Of a DNA stretch of 64,000 nucleotides, positions 9,909-21,447 are shown piece after piece (position 1 is the stretch's first letter; each line of letters opens with the position of its first letter). This DNA is from Candidatus Omnitrophota bacterium (GTDB taxonomy: Bacteria > Omnitrophota > Omnitrophia > Omnitrophales > Aquincolibacteriaceae), in the NCBI GenBank assembly GCA_043808175.1, contig JAZDFE010000007.1, forward strand, positions 16,099-80,098, read 5' to 3'. Position numbers and translations under genes: made by a program. Below the pieces are notes generated by a model that worked only from the letters and a program-made list of their open reading frames with translations, ran no database searches and was not told the DNA's origin.

Positions 9909-11698
<1,790 letters not shown>

Positions 11699-11762
11699 CC
11701 TGATCCCCAAAAGAAGCTAAAGGTTTCCCAAAAGGCATGCTTTGGGGACCCTTTCAGTCGCG

Positions 11763-11790
11763 TTGACAAGCCAAAGGTTATCCATATAAT
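11763..11790 (+). promoter_or_regulatory. Consensus sigma70 promoter TTGACA-N16-TATAAT
   Basis: Both hexamers perfect; upstream of ORF 11852. Confidence 0.8.
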
Positions 11791-11851
11791 AATAACCTCT
11801 TTCATTGCAGCAAGTTACATCAATTTAAGTCCCCACGGGATTGAAGGTCCA

Positions 11852-12907
11852 ATGGAAAACTGTCGCACGAGGGTTTTATTTCTTTTTTTCGCCGTTTTTT
11901 TCATCGCGTTCAGCGTAGCTGTTCGCGCTGAAACGGTTGAAGAAAAAAAAGCCGCAGCGAATTATGACGAGACTTTACCGGCACCTGGGGAAGCCCGGGT
12001 GGTCGAAGGGGCTTCTTCGGTCCCACAAGTTTCCACGGGAGTACAGCCTGCGCAAGTGATCGTTCCGCCGGTCCGAGTAGTCCCGGCAGCCACTCAAGCG
12101 GAGGGGTTTCAAGCGCTTGGAACGGTACAGTCCCCGCCGGCGGCACCAAAATTAGTTTCCCAAAAGATGCCGGAAGCCCAGGTATTCACAGCTTCAAACC
12201 CTTCCGGGCTTGTGGAGGTCAGCGGTTACAAATATCCGGTCTTTTTTTTCGCCCCGAAGGATTACAAGACCGACAGGACCTATGCGATGATCATGATCGC
12301 GCCGGCCAAGGATGCGAAAGCGGAAGAACAGATCGAGTATTTGACGGGGCTCGCTCAAAGAAAGAGCATCTTTATCCTAGCTCCTTATGTTCTCTGGCCG
12401 AAAGCGGGGGACACACCTTATAGGCTGGACGAATGGCTTCTCACAGTGAAAAGAGATATGGTGGAACGCTTCCCCATAAGTAAAGAGCGTGTCTATCTTG
12501 TCGGAAAAGATTTGGGAGCCCACTATGCGGCTTACATGGCGATCAAATATCCCAAAGAATTTGCGGCAGTGGCTTTGCTGGGCCAAGCGTGGGACGGGCC
12601 TTTTTCTCAACTGATCCGGCCCCGCACGGATGCAGCAGACCAGGTTCCCTTTTACATCGCCATGAAAGTGAATGGCGAAGCTCGGTCCCGGAACCAGGCT
12701 TGGTTCGATGAGCTTCAAAAAAAGGGTTATCCGCTCCATCTCGTGGATTACAATCGGGATGAGGAGCTGAATGACCTGGAATTTAAAAAATCAATTTTTG
12801 ATTGGATGGAATCCACGGGGCAGAGTTGGAAAGCTTCCGTGGCTCAGGGCCAAAAGACCTGGAAGGGAAAATTCAAAAAAGGCGTTAAGGATTTCTTCGC
12901 AGTTTGA
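11852..12907 (+). CDS. Exported protein: Pro/Ala-rich linker plus alpha/beta-hydrolase-like domain
   Basis: Signal peptide; FAPKDY..DRTYAMI, I.KERVYLVGKDLGAHYA....KYPKEFAAVA resembles esterase/PHB-depolymerase fold. Confidence 0.6.
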   Translation: MENCRTRVLFLFFAVFFIAFSVAVRAETVEEKKAAANYDETLPAPGEARVVEGASSVPQVSTGVQPAQVIVPPVRVVPAATQAEGFQALGTVQSPPAAPKLVSQKMPEAQVFTASNPSGLVEVSGYKYPVFFFAPKDYKTDRTYAMIMIAPAKDAKAEEQIEYLTGLAQRKSIFILAPYVLWPKAGDTPYRLDEWLLTVKRDMVERFPISKERVYLVGKDLGAHYAAYMAIKYPKEFAAVALLGQAWDGPFSQLIRPRTDAADQVPFYIAMKVNGEARSRNQAWFDELQKKGYPLHLVDYNRDEELNDLEFKKSIFDWMESTGQSWKASVAQGQKTWKGKFKKGVKDFFAV

Positions 12908-12966
12908 TTTTTCTCCGATTTTTATTCAATGAAATGGCGGCCAAGACTCATCATGGAAAATAGATC

Positions 12967-14652
12967 GTGAAACTTACAGGCGCTCAAATTCTGATCCGGT
13001 GTCTTGAAAAGGAAGGCGTGGAGCACATTTTTGGGCTTCCCGGCGGGGTCATTCTGCCCACTTACGATGCGCTCTATGATTCCAAGATGAAACTGATCTT
13101 GACCAAGCATGAGCAAGGTGCGACGCATATGGCGGATGGGTACGCTCGCGCGACGGGACGTCCTGGCGTTTGTTTGGTGACTTCAGGACCCGCAGCCACG
13201 AACACCGTAACCGGTTTGGCGACCGCTTATATGGATTCCGTGCCTTTGGTCTGCATCACCGGGCAGGTGACTACGAATGCGATCGGGAGTGATGCGTTCC
13301 AGGAAGTGGATATCGTCGGGATCACGCGCCCTATCACGAAACATAATTTTCTGATCAAAGATGTCCGGGACATTGCGCGGATCGTGCGTGAAGCATTCTA
13401 TATCGCGACGACCGGGAAGCCCGGCCCGGTGTTGATCGATTTTCCTGTGGATGTCAGTCGAGCCAAAACAGAGTTTGTCTGGCCGAAAGATGTCTTTATC
13501 CGGAGTTATCAACCGGATGTGGAATGTCCCGGGGTGGAAGAGCAGATTCGGAAGGCCGCCGAGCTGATCCGTGGAAGCAAACGGCCCGTGCTCTATGTGG
13601 GGGGCGGGGCGATCATTTCCGGAGCTGAAAAAGAGATCCGCGAATTCGTGGAAAAAACGGGGATCCCTATTACGACGACGATCCTGGGACTCGGGATCTT
13701 TCCGGAAACGCACGAGTCGTCGCTGAGGATGCTCGGGATGCACGGCACTCATTTCGCGAATTATGCGGTGCAGAATTCCGATGTTTTGATCGGGGTCGGC
13801 GCGCGTTTTGACGATCGCGTGACCGGTAATGTGACGAAGTTCGCACCACACGCCAAGATCATTCATATTGATATCGATCCATCATCGATCTCGAAGACCG
13901 TTCGGGTGCACGTGCCTTTGGTAAGCGACGTAAAGCGAGCGATCGGGAAATTGATCGCGCTTGTTCCGGACAAGCGCTCGGACATGAAAGAGTGGCTCGC
14001 CCGGATCGCGGCTTGGAAGCAAAAGCATCCGATGAAATATGAGAGCACGGGGCCGAAGATCCATCCTGCGTACGTGATCAAAAAGATCGGAGAACTAACG
14101 AAGCACCAGGCGATCGTGGTTACCGGCGTGGGACAGCATCAGATGTGGACGGCGCAATGGTATCAATTCGACCGGTCGCGCACCATGCTCACCTCCGGTG
14201 GGCTTGGGACCATGGGCTATGGTTTTCCCGCCGCGATCGGCGCGCAGCTCGGAAAACCTAAAGATACCGTGGTTTGCATCGAAGGCGACGGGTCGTTCCA
14301 GATGACCATGACGGAGCTTGCAACCGCGGCTTATAACAAAGTGCCGGTCAAGACGTTTATCATGGATAATGGTTACTATGGCATGGTACGCCAATGGCAG
14401 GAACTTTTCTACAAACGGCGCTATTCGGGTTCCGTGATCGGTCCTACCAACCCTGATTTTGTAAAATTGGTGGGCGCTTACGGGATCCTTGCGTTTCGGG
14501 TCTCGCAGGAAAAGGAAGTGGTGCCGGCGATCAAAAAGGCGCTGGCTCACAAAGGCCCTGTGGTCGTGCAATGCCTTGTTTCCAGAGAAGCGAATGTGTA
14601 TCCGATGGTCGCGGCCGGGAATGCCTTGGACCAAATTATGGATATGGCGTAA
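12967..14652 (+). CDS. ilvB: Acetolactate synthase large subunit
   Basis: FGLPGG, KHEQGA.HMADGYAR, GMHG, RFDDRVTG, GLGTMGYG, GDGSFQM, GMVRQWQ. Confidence 0.97.
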   Translation: MKLTGAQILIRCLEKEGVEHIFGLPGGVILPTYDALYDSKMKLILTKHEQGATHMADGYARATGRPGVCLVTSGPAATNTVTGLATAYMDSVPLVCITGQVTTNAIGSDAFQEVDIVGITRPITKHNFLIKDVRDIARIVREAFYIATTGKPGPVLIDFPVDVSRAKTEFVWPKDVFIRSYQPDVECPGVEEQIRKAAELIRGSKRPVLYVGGGAIISGAEKEIREFVEKTGIPITTTILGLGIFPETHESSLRMLGMHGTHFANYAVQNSDVLIGVGARFDDRVTGNVTKFAPHAKIIHIDIDPSSISKTVRVHVPLVSDVKRAIGKLIALVPDKRSDMKEWLARIAAWKQKHPMKYESTGPKIHPAYVIKKIGELTKHQAIVVTGVGQHQMWTAQWYQFDRSRTMLTSGGLGTMGYGFPAAIGAQLGKPKDTVVCIEGDGSFQMTMTELATAAYNKVPVKTFIMDNGYYGMVRQWQELFYKRRYSGSVIGPTNPDFVKLVGAYGILAFRVSQEKEVVPAIKKALAHKGPVVVQCLVSREANVYPMVAAGNALDQIMDMA

Positions 14653-14654
14653 TC

Positions 14655-14707
14655 CAGTTAAGCGGTAAGTTATAAGAAAAAGGTTTACCGCTTATCACTT
14701 ATCACTG
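14655..14707. repeat. 7-bp-period inverted array between ilvB and ilvN
   Basis: taagcggtaa (14659-68) / ttaccgctta (14685-94) perfect IR; ttaccgc ttatcac ttatcac. Confidence 0.75.
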
Positions 14708-14720
14708 AAAAGGAGCTCTT

Positions 14721-15332
14721 ATGCAACATACGGTCTCAGTATTGGTGGAAAACCACGCCGGTGTTTTAGCGCGCGTCGCGGGACTTTTTTCGGCGCGCGG
14801 ATTCAATATCGACAGTCTCGCGGTGGGGGAGACCCAGGATCCGGAAGTGTCGCGCATGACCGTGATCGCGAACGGGGATGACCGCGTGGTCGAGCAGATC
14901 ATGAAGCAGCTGAATAAGCTGGTGGACGTGATCTGTGTGGAAGATCTCACGGCAAAAGATATGATCACGCGGGAGCTTGTGCTGATCAAGATCAGCGCGA
15001 ACGCGTCCAATCGTAACGATATCATGCATGTCGTCAATACGTTCCGCGCGAAGATTGTGGACGTAAGCCCGGAATCCCTGACGATCGAGGTCACGGGAAG
15101 CGAAGGTAAGATCGACGCCATGCTCGAGCTTTTGAAGCCGTTCGATCTCAAAGAGGTTGTCCGGACAGGGCAGATCGCCATGGCTCGCCGGGACGAACTG
15201 AAAGCTCCCTTAAAATGCGGCGAGAAGACCGGCACTTGTAAGACGGCAAAAAAACAAAAAGGAAATAATTTTACAAAGCGCGTAAAGAGCAAAGGGCAAA
15301 GCGCAAGGAAAAACACCGGTCTTGCGCATTGA
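14721..15332 (+). CDS. ilvN: Acetolactate synthase small (regulatory) subunit with C-terminal extension
   Basis: SVLVEN.AGVLARV.GLFS.RGFNIDSL.VG, KQLNKL.DVI, EVVRTG..A. Confidence 0.96.
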   Translation: MQHTVSVLVENHAGVLARVAGLFSARGFNIDSLAVGETQDPEVSRMTVIANGDDRVVEQIMKQLNKLVDVICVEDLTAKDMITRELVLIKISANASNRNDIMHVVNTFRAKIVDVSPESLTIEVTGSEGKIDAMLELLKPFDLKEVVRTGQIAMARRDELKAPLKCGEKTGTCKTAKKQKGNNFTKRVKSKGQSARKNTGLAH

Positions 15333-15349
15333 ACTTTGAGCCTTGCGCC
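15283..15349. repeat. 7-bp-period inverted array across the ilvN stop codon
   Basis: agagcaa agggcaa agcgcaa ... ttgcgca ttgaact ttgagcc ttgcgcc. Confidence 0.75.
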
Positions 15350-15372
15350 AAAGTCAACGAAAGGAAAATAAA

Positions 15373-16374
15373 ATGGCAGTCAAAATCTATTACGACAAAG
15401 ACGCGGATCTAAACCTTTTAAAAGACAAAAAAATCGCCATCATCGGGTATGGGATCCAAGGCCGCGGGCAGGGACTGAATCTTCGTGATTCGGGCGTGAA
15501 TGTGATCGTCTCCGAGCTCTCCGGGACGCCGAACTATGAACAAGCGGTGAAAGACGGTTTCAAGCCTATGGCCGCGAGCGAAGCAGCTCAACAAGCGGAT
15601 ATTATCCAGATCTTGACGCAGGATCATCTTCAGGCCGAGATCTATGAAAAACATATCGCACCGCACATGAAGGCCGGTAAATCGCTTTGTTTCTCTCACG
15701 GGTTCAACATCCACTTCGGCTATATCCAGCCCGCAAAGGAGATCGATGTATTTATGGTCGCCCCTAAGGGACCGGGTTCGCTCGTGCGTTCCCAATTCGT
15801 GGAAGGCGGAGGCGTGCCGTGTCTGGTGGCCGTAAAACAGAATCCCAGCGGTAAAGCACTCCAGATCGGTCTTGCGTATGCCAAGGCGATCGGCGGCGCT
15901 CGCGCGGGTGTGATCGAAACTACTTTCAAGGAAGAGACCGAGACGGATCTTTTCGGCGAGCAAGCGGTTCTCTGCGGCGGTTTGAGCGAACTGATCACGG
16001 CCGGTTTTGATACTTTGGTTGAGGCGGGGTATCAGCCGGAGATGGCGTATTTTGAATGTCTTCATGAAGTGAAACTTATTGTGGACGCGATGTTCGTGCA
16101 CGGGATCAGCGGTATGTATCGACGCGTTTCCGATACCGCGGAATATGGCGGTTATAGCCGCGGGCCACGCGTGATCACGAAGGACACCCGCAAGGAAATG
16201 AAGAAAATGCTGGAAGAGATCATGTCCGGGAAATTCGCGAAGGAATGGATGGAAGAGAATAGAAAAGGGCGCCCCAATTTTAAAAAGATGCGCGAAAATT
16301 GCGACAAACATCTGGTCGAAAAAGTTGGAGCGCAGCTGCGCGGGATGATGGAATTCATCCGCAAAGCAAAATAA
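15373..16374 (+). CDS. ilvC: Ketol-acid reductoisomerase
   Basis: [44 protein letters not shown]; ATG 15373 after AAGGA. Confidence 0.97.
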   Translation: MAVKIYYDKDADLNLLKDKKIAIIGYGIQGRGQGLNLRDSGVNVIVSELSGTPNYEQAVKDGFKPMAASEAAQQADIIQILTQDHLQAEIYEKHIAPHMKAGKSLCFSHGFNIHFGYIQPAKEIDVFMVAPKGPGSLVRSQFVEGGGVPCLVAVKQNPSGKALQIGLAYAKAIGGARAGVIETTFKEETETDLFGEQAVLCGGLSELITAGFDTLVEAGYQPEMAYFECLHEVKLIVDAMFVHGISGMYRRVSDTAEYGGYSRGPRVITKDTRKEMKKMLEEIMSGKFAKEWMEENRKGRPNFKKMRENCDKHLVEKVGAQLRGMMEFIRKAK

Positions 16375-16397
16375 GAAAGGAAGTTACCAGGACTGTC

Positions 16398-17945
16398 ATG
16401 GCGGGAAAACGGAAGATTCACATATTTGACACCACGCTGAGAGACGGCGAGCAATCACCCGGGGCGTCGCTTACTCCGGATGAGAAGCTGACGATCGCGC
16501 GCCAGCTTGAGCGGTTGAATATCGATGTGATCGAAGCCGGGTTTCCGGCATCTTCACTTGGGGAGATGAAGGCCGTCTCCATGATCGCGGAAAATGTGCG
16601 TAAGCCCGTGATCTGCGGTCTTTCGCGCATGATCCCACGGGATATCGATGCCTGCCGACGGGCCCTTGAAAAGGCCGCGAGAAAACGCCTGCATCTTTTT
16701 CTCGCAACCTCCCAGATTCATCGTGAGTTCAAGCTCAAAAAAAACAAAAGAGAGATCTTAGCGATGGTAGAACAGAACATCAAATCTGCGGCTAAGGATT
16801 TTAAGCAGATCGAATTTTCGCCTGAGGATGCGTCACGTACCGAACGGGACTTTTTGGCGGGGACCGTCCGGGCCGCGATCCATGCGGGGGCCACTTCGAT
16901 CAATATTCCGGATACTGTGGGTTACACGGTCCCGCAGGAATTCACGGAGCTGATCCGTTTCTTGATCAAGAAAAACCCCGAATTGGGCAAAAAGGTCGTG
17001 CTTTCGGTTCATTGTCATAACGACCTCGGTCTCGCGACAGCCAATTCCTTGGCCGCCGTCCTGGCGGGTGCGAATCAGGTGGAGTGTACGGTGAATGGGA
17101 TTGGCGAACGTGCGGGGAACGCTTCGCTGGAAGAGATCGCCATGGCGATCGATACGCGCGCGGATTTCATGAATTGTTACACAGATATCAAACTCTCTGA
17201 GATCACCAAAGCTTCGCGGTTGGTATCTAATTTGACGGGAATGGTCGTTCAGCCTAACAAAGCGATCGTCGGGCGCAATGCCTTCTGGCATGCTTCCGGC
17301 ATCCATCAGGACGGGGTGCTCAAGAAGCGCCAGACCTATGAGATCATGGACCCGAAAAAGATCGGGCTTTCCGGCAACCAGCTGATGCTCGGGAAACTCT
17401 CGGGCAAGCACGCCTTTGAGGTGCGTGTGAAAAAGCTCGGGTTCCGCTTGGGGCTCAAGGAACTCGATCAGGCTTTCGTTCAATTCAAGGCTCTCGCGGA
17501 CAAGAAGAAATATATTTTTGACGAAGATCTCGAGGCCATCTTGCAAAATGAAATCGCCAAGATCCCGGAGACCTGGAAGCTGGCATCCATGAAGGTGGTG
17601 TCTGAAACCGGCGCAAAGCCTCATGCTCAGATCAAGCTTTCTTATGAAGGCAAGGCCAAGCAAGCCGTTTCGAACGGAGACGGTCCCGTGGATGCTTGTT
17701 ACAAGGCCATTGAGAAGATCGTCAATTCCAGGGCACAACTTATTCATTACGGTCTGCAATCGGTCACGAGCGGCAAAGATGCTTTGGGCGAAGTGCTGGT
17801 TAAGCTTGAGATCGGTGGCAAGGAAGTGACCGGTCGCGGCACGAGTACTGACATTATTGAAGCCAGCGTACGCGCCTATCTTTTCGCGATTAATAAAGTT
17901 TCGGCGAACTCTCAACGGGCCGCGAGCCAGTCTTCCCCGGTGTGA
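16398..17945 (+). CDS. leuA: 2-isopropylmalate synthase
   Basis: FDTTLRDGEQSPG, HCHNDLG, GERAGNA, H.SGIHQDG, regulatory GDGPVDA. Confidence 0.96.
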   Translation: MAGKRKIHIFDTTLRDGEQSPGASLTPDEKLTIARQLERLNIDVIEAGFPASSLGEMKAVSMIAENVRKPVICGLSRMIPRDIDACRRALEKAARKRLHLFLATSQIHREFKLKKNKREILAMVEQNIKSAAKDFKQIEFSPEDASRTERDFLAGTVRAAIHAGATSINIPDTVGYTVPQEFTELIRFLIKKNPELGKKVVLSVHCHNDLGLATANSLAAVLAGANQVECTVNGIGERAGNASLEEIAMAIDTRADFMNCYTDIKLSEITKASRLVSNLTGMVVQPNKAIVGRNAFWHASGIHQDGVLKKRQTYEIMDPKKIGLSGNQLMLGKLSGKHAFEVRVKKLGFRLGLKELDQAFVQFKALADKKKYIFDEDLEAILQNEIAKIPETWKLASMKVVSETGAKPHAQIKLSYEGKAKQAVSNGDGPVDACYKAIEKIVNSRAQLIHYGLQSVTSGKDALGEVLVKLEIGGKEVTGRGTSTDIIEASVRAYLFAINKVSANSQRAASQSSPV

Positions 17946-18952
17946 AAAAAGACAAGCCCAATTCCCCATCAAAGAATTTAAAGGTCAATTGGACTAGTCC
18001 TGGCAACCTTCAGTCAGGAAAAAATAGATGCCAGGACAAGACCTTCAAGCTTTACGGAATCTTCGGGTACCCCCTTTCGCACACTCTTTCTCCGACCATG
18101 CACGAAGCCGCGTTCCGCAGGCTCGGGATCGACGCCCACTATATCGTTCTGGAATTGATTCCCGCCGATTTCAAAAAGCTCATGCGCCAATCCTCCGAAC
18201 TTTCTCTTTCAGGTTTTAATGTCACAGTGCCCTACAAAGAAACAGTGATGAAAGATCTCGCCGGCATCCGGCCGGAAGCGCGTGTCATCGGCGCGGTCAA
18301 TACGGTTTTCAAACAAGGGAAACGGTGGATAGGTACCAATACGGACATGGAAGGTTTTCTTACGGCGATCATGAAGGAAGGCGGGTTTCGCCCGTCCGGG
18401 AAAAAGGCCGTGATCCTCGGGGCCGGTGGCGCGGCACGCGCGGTGGTTTATGGTCTTTCGAGAGAGGGAATCCGGGAGATCCTGATCGCGGATTGCTTTC
18501 CCCAAAAAGCCCAGAAGATCGCGAGTGACATGCGGAAACTTTTCAAACGGGTGAATTACTATGCTGCAATGGCCGGAACACCGGAGGTCAAGGAGGCTCT
18601 TCAAAAAGCCGATGTTATTATCAACGCGACTCCGATCGGGCTGAAGTCTCAAGACCCAAAGGTGGTCCCGGAAAGATGGATCCCTCGAGCGGGAAGGGCT
18701 CGAGGAACTCCGCGGGGGCGAGCCTCGAAAAGATCAAGCTGCGGCTCGATGCTTTTTATGGATCTTATTTATAATCCGGCCGTGACACCTTTTTTAAAGA
18801 TGGCAAAAAAGAAAGGGCATCGGACCCTAAACGGGCTCGGGATGCTGCTTCATCAAGGCGCTCGGGCTTTGGAGCTTTGGACGGGACGAAAGGCGCCGGT
18901 GGGCGTGATGCGCCGGGCGCTTCTTAACGCTCTAAGCGAACGGGGGAAATGA
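17942..18952 (+). CDS. aroE: Shikimate dehydrogenase carrying two in-frame insertions
   Basis: GYPLSHTLSP.MH, NVTVPYK, GAVNT, NTD, GAGGAAR, NATPIG, DLIYNP, GLGMLLHQG; GTG overlaps leuA stop. Confidence 0.95.
   Translation: MKKDKPNSPSKNLKVNWTSPGNLQSGKNRCQDKTFKLYGIFGYPLSHTLSPTMHEAAFRRLGIDAHYIVLELIPADFKKLMRQSSELSLSGFNVTVPYKETVMKDLAGIRPEARVIGAVNTVFKQGKRWIGTNTDMEGFLTAIMKEGGFRPSGKKAVILGAGGAARAVVYGLSREGIREILIADCFPQKAQKIASDMRKLFKRVNYYAAMAGTPEVKEALQKADVIINATPIGLKSQDPKVVPERWIPRAGRARGTPRGRASKRSSCGSMLFMDLIYNPAVTPFLKMAKKKGHRTLNGLGMLLHQGARALELWTGRKAPVGVMRRALLNALSERGK
17956..18039 (+). mobile_element. 84-bp two-hairpin element, copy 1, in frame in aroE
   Basis: GACAAG repeated 84 bp apart; stems gcccaatt/aattggac and gtcctggca/tgccaggac, each with a 23-nt loop; homologous to 39919 and 40246. 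Confidence 0.85.
18683..18748. repeat. GC-rich double-hairpin segment inside aroE
   Basis: cctcgagc/gctcgagg and cgagcc/ggctcg; encodes PRAGRARGTPRGRASKRSSCGS before the DLIYNP motif. Confidence 0.55.
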
Positions 18953-18953
18953 C

Positions 18954-19742
18954 TTGGATCCAATGACGTCGTGGTTTGTTTTTTTTGTCGGGGCGGTCGT
19001 GGGGAGTTTTTTGAATGTTTGTATTTATCGGATGCCGCGCGATCTTTCGATCGTGCTTCCCCGGTCCTTTTGCCCGCATTGCAAAGCGAAGATACCCTGG
19101 TATGAGAATATACCGCTCGCGAGCTATCTCCTGCTTCGTGGAAAATGTTTCCGCTGCCGAAAACCGATCGCCTTTCGCTATTTTCTCGTGGAATTGGCCG
19201 CGGCCGGGATCGCCTTGTGGTTATGGCAACGGTACGGTCTGTCGGTCGAATTTGTGGCGAGCGCGATCTTTTTTGCCATGATCATTGTAGTCACCATGAC
19301 GGACTTTGAGACCGGGCTGATCCCGGATCAGATCACGTACGCAGGGATGATCTTGGGATTAGGGCTCAGCGTGGCCGGCTACGGGCATTTTACACAAGCA
19401 TTTTGGTATCAAAAACTCCTCGCTTCCGGGGCCGGGCTTTTGACGGGAGGCGGGATCCTTCTCTTGATCGGATGGCTCGGGAAACTGGTTTTTCGCAAGG
19501 ACAGCATGGGAGGCGGGGACGTGAAGCTTTTGGCCATGATCGGCGCTTTTGTGGGAGTGACGAAGGTCGTCCTTATTTTTTTTCTTGCGCCTTTTCCGGC
19601 CTTGCCGCTCGCGATCTGGCAGCGTTTTGTAAAAAAAGAAGAAACGATTCCTTTTGGGCCGTTCCTGGCTCTCACGGGGGCGTTCATTTTTATGGAAGGG
19701 GACGCCGTCCTGAATTTTTTATCAAGAACCTACGGAGTCTAA
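18954..19742 (+). CDS. pilD: Type IV prepilin peptidase (A24)
   Basis: GSFLNVCIYR.P, S.CPHC, GKC..C, D....IPD, MGGGDVKL, IPFGPFLA. Confidence 0.93.
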   Translation: MDPMTSWFVFFVGAVVGSFLNVCIYRMPRDLSIVLPRSFCPHCKAKIPWYENIPLASYLLLRGKCFRCRKPIAFRYFLVELAAAGIALWLWQRYGLSVEFVASAIFFAMIIVVTMTDFETGLIPDQITYAGMILGLGLSVAGYGHFTQAFWYQKLLASGAGLLTGGGILLLIGWLGKLVFRKDSMGGGDVKLLAMIGAFVGVTKVVLIFFLAPFPALPLAIWQRFVKKEETIPFGPFLALTGAFIFMEGDAVLNFLSRTYGV

Positions 19743-19818
19743 TACCGCATCACATTTAAATTTAGGGGTATGCGGTATAGTACTGTTAACCCCTAAAATC
19801 AAATGGAGAACAGTGCTA
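19742..19818. repeat. Divergent pair of short-loop hairpin modules
   Basis: ataccgcat/atgcggtat and tagtactgtt/aacagtgcta; loops are near reverse complements (tttaggggt / acccctaaa). Confidence 0.6.
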
Positions 19819-19820
19819 AT

Positions 19821-20939
19821 ATGCTCAAATATATTACTGCAGGAGAGTCTCACGGACATTACTTGGCCGCCATCCTGGAAGGTTTTCCAAGCGGCCTTAT
19901 GCTCGACCTTGATTTTATCAACGGAGAGATGCGCCGTCGTCAGGGAGGGTATGGCCGTGGAGGCAGGCAAAAGATCGAAACGGACGGCGTTGAGATCATG
20001 GGGGGCGTGATCAAGAAGGTCACGACCGGCGCGCCGCTGGGCTTTCTTCTTTCGAACAAGGACTTTAAGATCGAAGAAATGCCGGAGCTCTTCCGTCCCC
20101 GGCCCGGCCATGCGGATCTTGCGGGATCTCTTAAATATGATCAGGGGATCCGTGCGGTCCTGGAACGTTCGAGCGCGCGCGAGACCGCCATGCGTGTTGC
20201 GGTGGGTGCGGCCTGCAAACTCTTGCTCAAGACATTCGGGATCGAGATCGCCGCTCACGTGGTCCAGATCGGGAGCGTTCTACTCCCGGCACGGCATATT
20301 ACCGTCGGAGAAATTCGAAAAGGGGCCGAGGATTCACCCGTTCGGTGCGTTGACAAAAAGACCGAAAAAGCCATGATGCAGGCGATCGCGAAAGTCATGA
20401 AGAGCGGGGATTCGCTGGGCGGGAAATACGAGGTCCGTGTCACGGGTCTGCCGATCGGTTTGGGTTCTTACGTTCATTTTGAAAGAAAACTCGATGCACG
20501 CCTTGCCATGATCCTTATGAGCCAGCAGTCCGCGAAGGCGGTCGAGATCGGGGAGGGAGTGGGGCTCGCCGGGATTCCGGGTTCCGAAGCGCATGACGAG
20601 ATCTTCTATGGGAAGACTCGCGGTTATTTTCATAAGACCAATCATGCCGGGGGGATTGAAGGCGGGATGACGAACGGGGCGGATCTTGTGGTGCGTCTCA
20701 CGATGAAACCGATATCGACACTTGCGCGACCTCTCGCGTCGGTGAACATGAAAACGAAAAAAGCGGAAAAGGCTGATTTTGAGCGCAGCGACGTCTGCGC
20801 CGTGCCGGCCGGAAGCGTGATCGGGGAAGCGCTTGTCGCGTACACGCTCGCGGATGCTTTTCTCGAAAAATTCGGCGGCGATTCTCTTGGAGAGATCCGT
20901 CGTAATTACGAAGGTTATTTAAAACACGTCCGTGCCTGA
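19821..20939 (+). CDS. aroC: Chorismate synthase
   Basis: TAGESHG, RRQGGYGRGGR, RPGHAD, ERSSARETA, GGIEGGMTNG, ERSD. Confidence 0.97.
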   Translation: MLKYITAGESHGHYLAAILEGFPSGLMLDLDFINGEMRRRQGGYGRGGRQKIETDGVEIMGGVIKKVTTGAPLGFLLSNKDFKIEEMPELFRPRPGHADLAGSLKYDQGIRAVLERSSARETAMRVAVGAACKLLLKTFGIEIAAHVVQIGSVLLPARHITVGEIRKGAEDSPVRCVDKKTEKAMMQAIAKVMKSGDSLGGKYEVRVTGLPIGLGSYVHFERKLDARLAMILMSQQSAKAVEIGEGVGLAGIPGSEAHDEIFYGKTRGYFHKTNHAGGIEGGMTNGADLVVRLTMKPISTLARPLASVNMKTKKAEKADFERSDVCAVPAGSVIGEALVAYTLADAFLEKFGGDSLGEIRRNYEGYLKHVRA

Positions 20940-21447
20940 CAATATTTATCTGATCGGTATGATGGGTTCGGGCAAGACTGTGACCGGGAAAGCCCTGGCG
21001 GAACGGCTCGGCTACGCGTTCGTGGATTTGGATGTCGAGATCCAAGCAAAAGAAGGACGTTCTATTCCGGAGATCTTTGCGGGATTCGGGGAACCTTATT
21101 TCCGCAATGCGGAGTCGTCGGTCCTGGAGCATTTTTCAAAGCAAGCCAAGCAAGTGATCGCGACGGGCGGAGGCATTGTGCTGCGTGAAGAAAATGTGCG
21201 ACGCATGAAAGAGACCGGAAAGGTCGTACGGCTTGACGCATCCGTCGAATCTTTGTGGCAACGCGTCCGTTATTCGAAGGACCGCCCGCTCCTTAATAAG
21301 CCCGATCCTTTGGGCGCGCTTCGGCAGATCTTAAGCGATCGGGGGGCCTTCTACGAGAAAGCCAGCCATTTTTCCGTACTGACGGATGGCAAAAGAGCCG
21401 AAGACGTCGCCAATGAGATCCTGAAAATGTTGAGGCCTGGAACATGA
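20932..21447 (+). CDS. aroK: Shikimate kinase
   Basis: GMMGSGKT, D.D, GE..FR..E, ATGGG, RPLL. Confidence 0.95.
   Translation: MPDNIYLIGMMGSGKTVTGKALAERLGYAFVDLDVEIQAKEGRSIPEIFAGFGEPYFRNAESSVLEHFSKQAKQVIATGGGIVLREENVRRMKETGKVVRLDASVESLWQRVRYSKDRPLLNKPDPLGALRQILSDRGAFYEKASHFSVLTDGKRAEDVANEILKMLRPGT

Noticed and set aside
12902-12950. Additional reversed B-type module before ilvB
   Set aside because: The loop resembles type B but the stem is poorly paired and the loop too long; needs model scoring.
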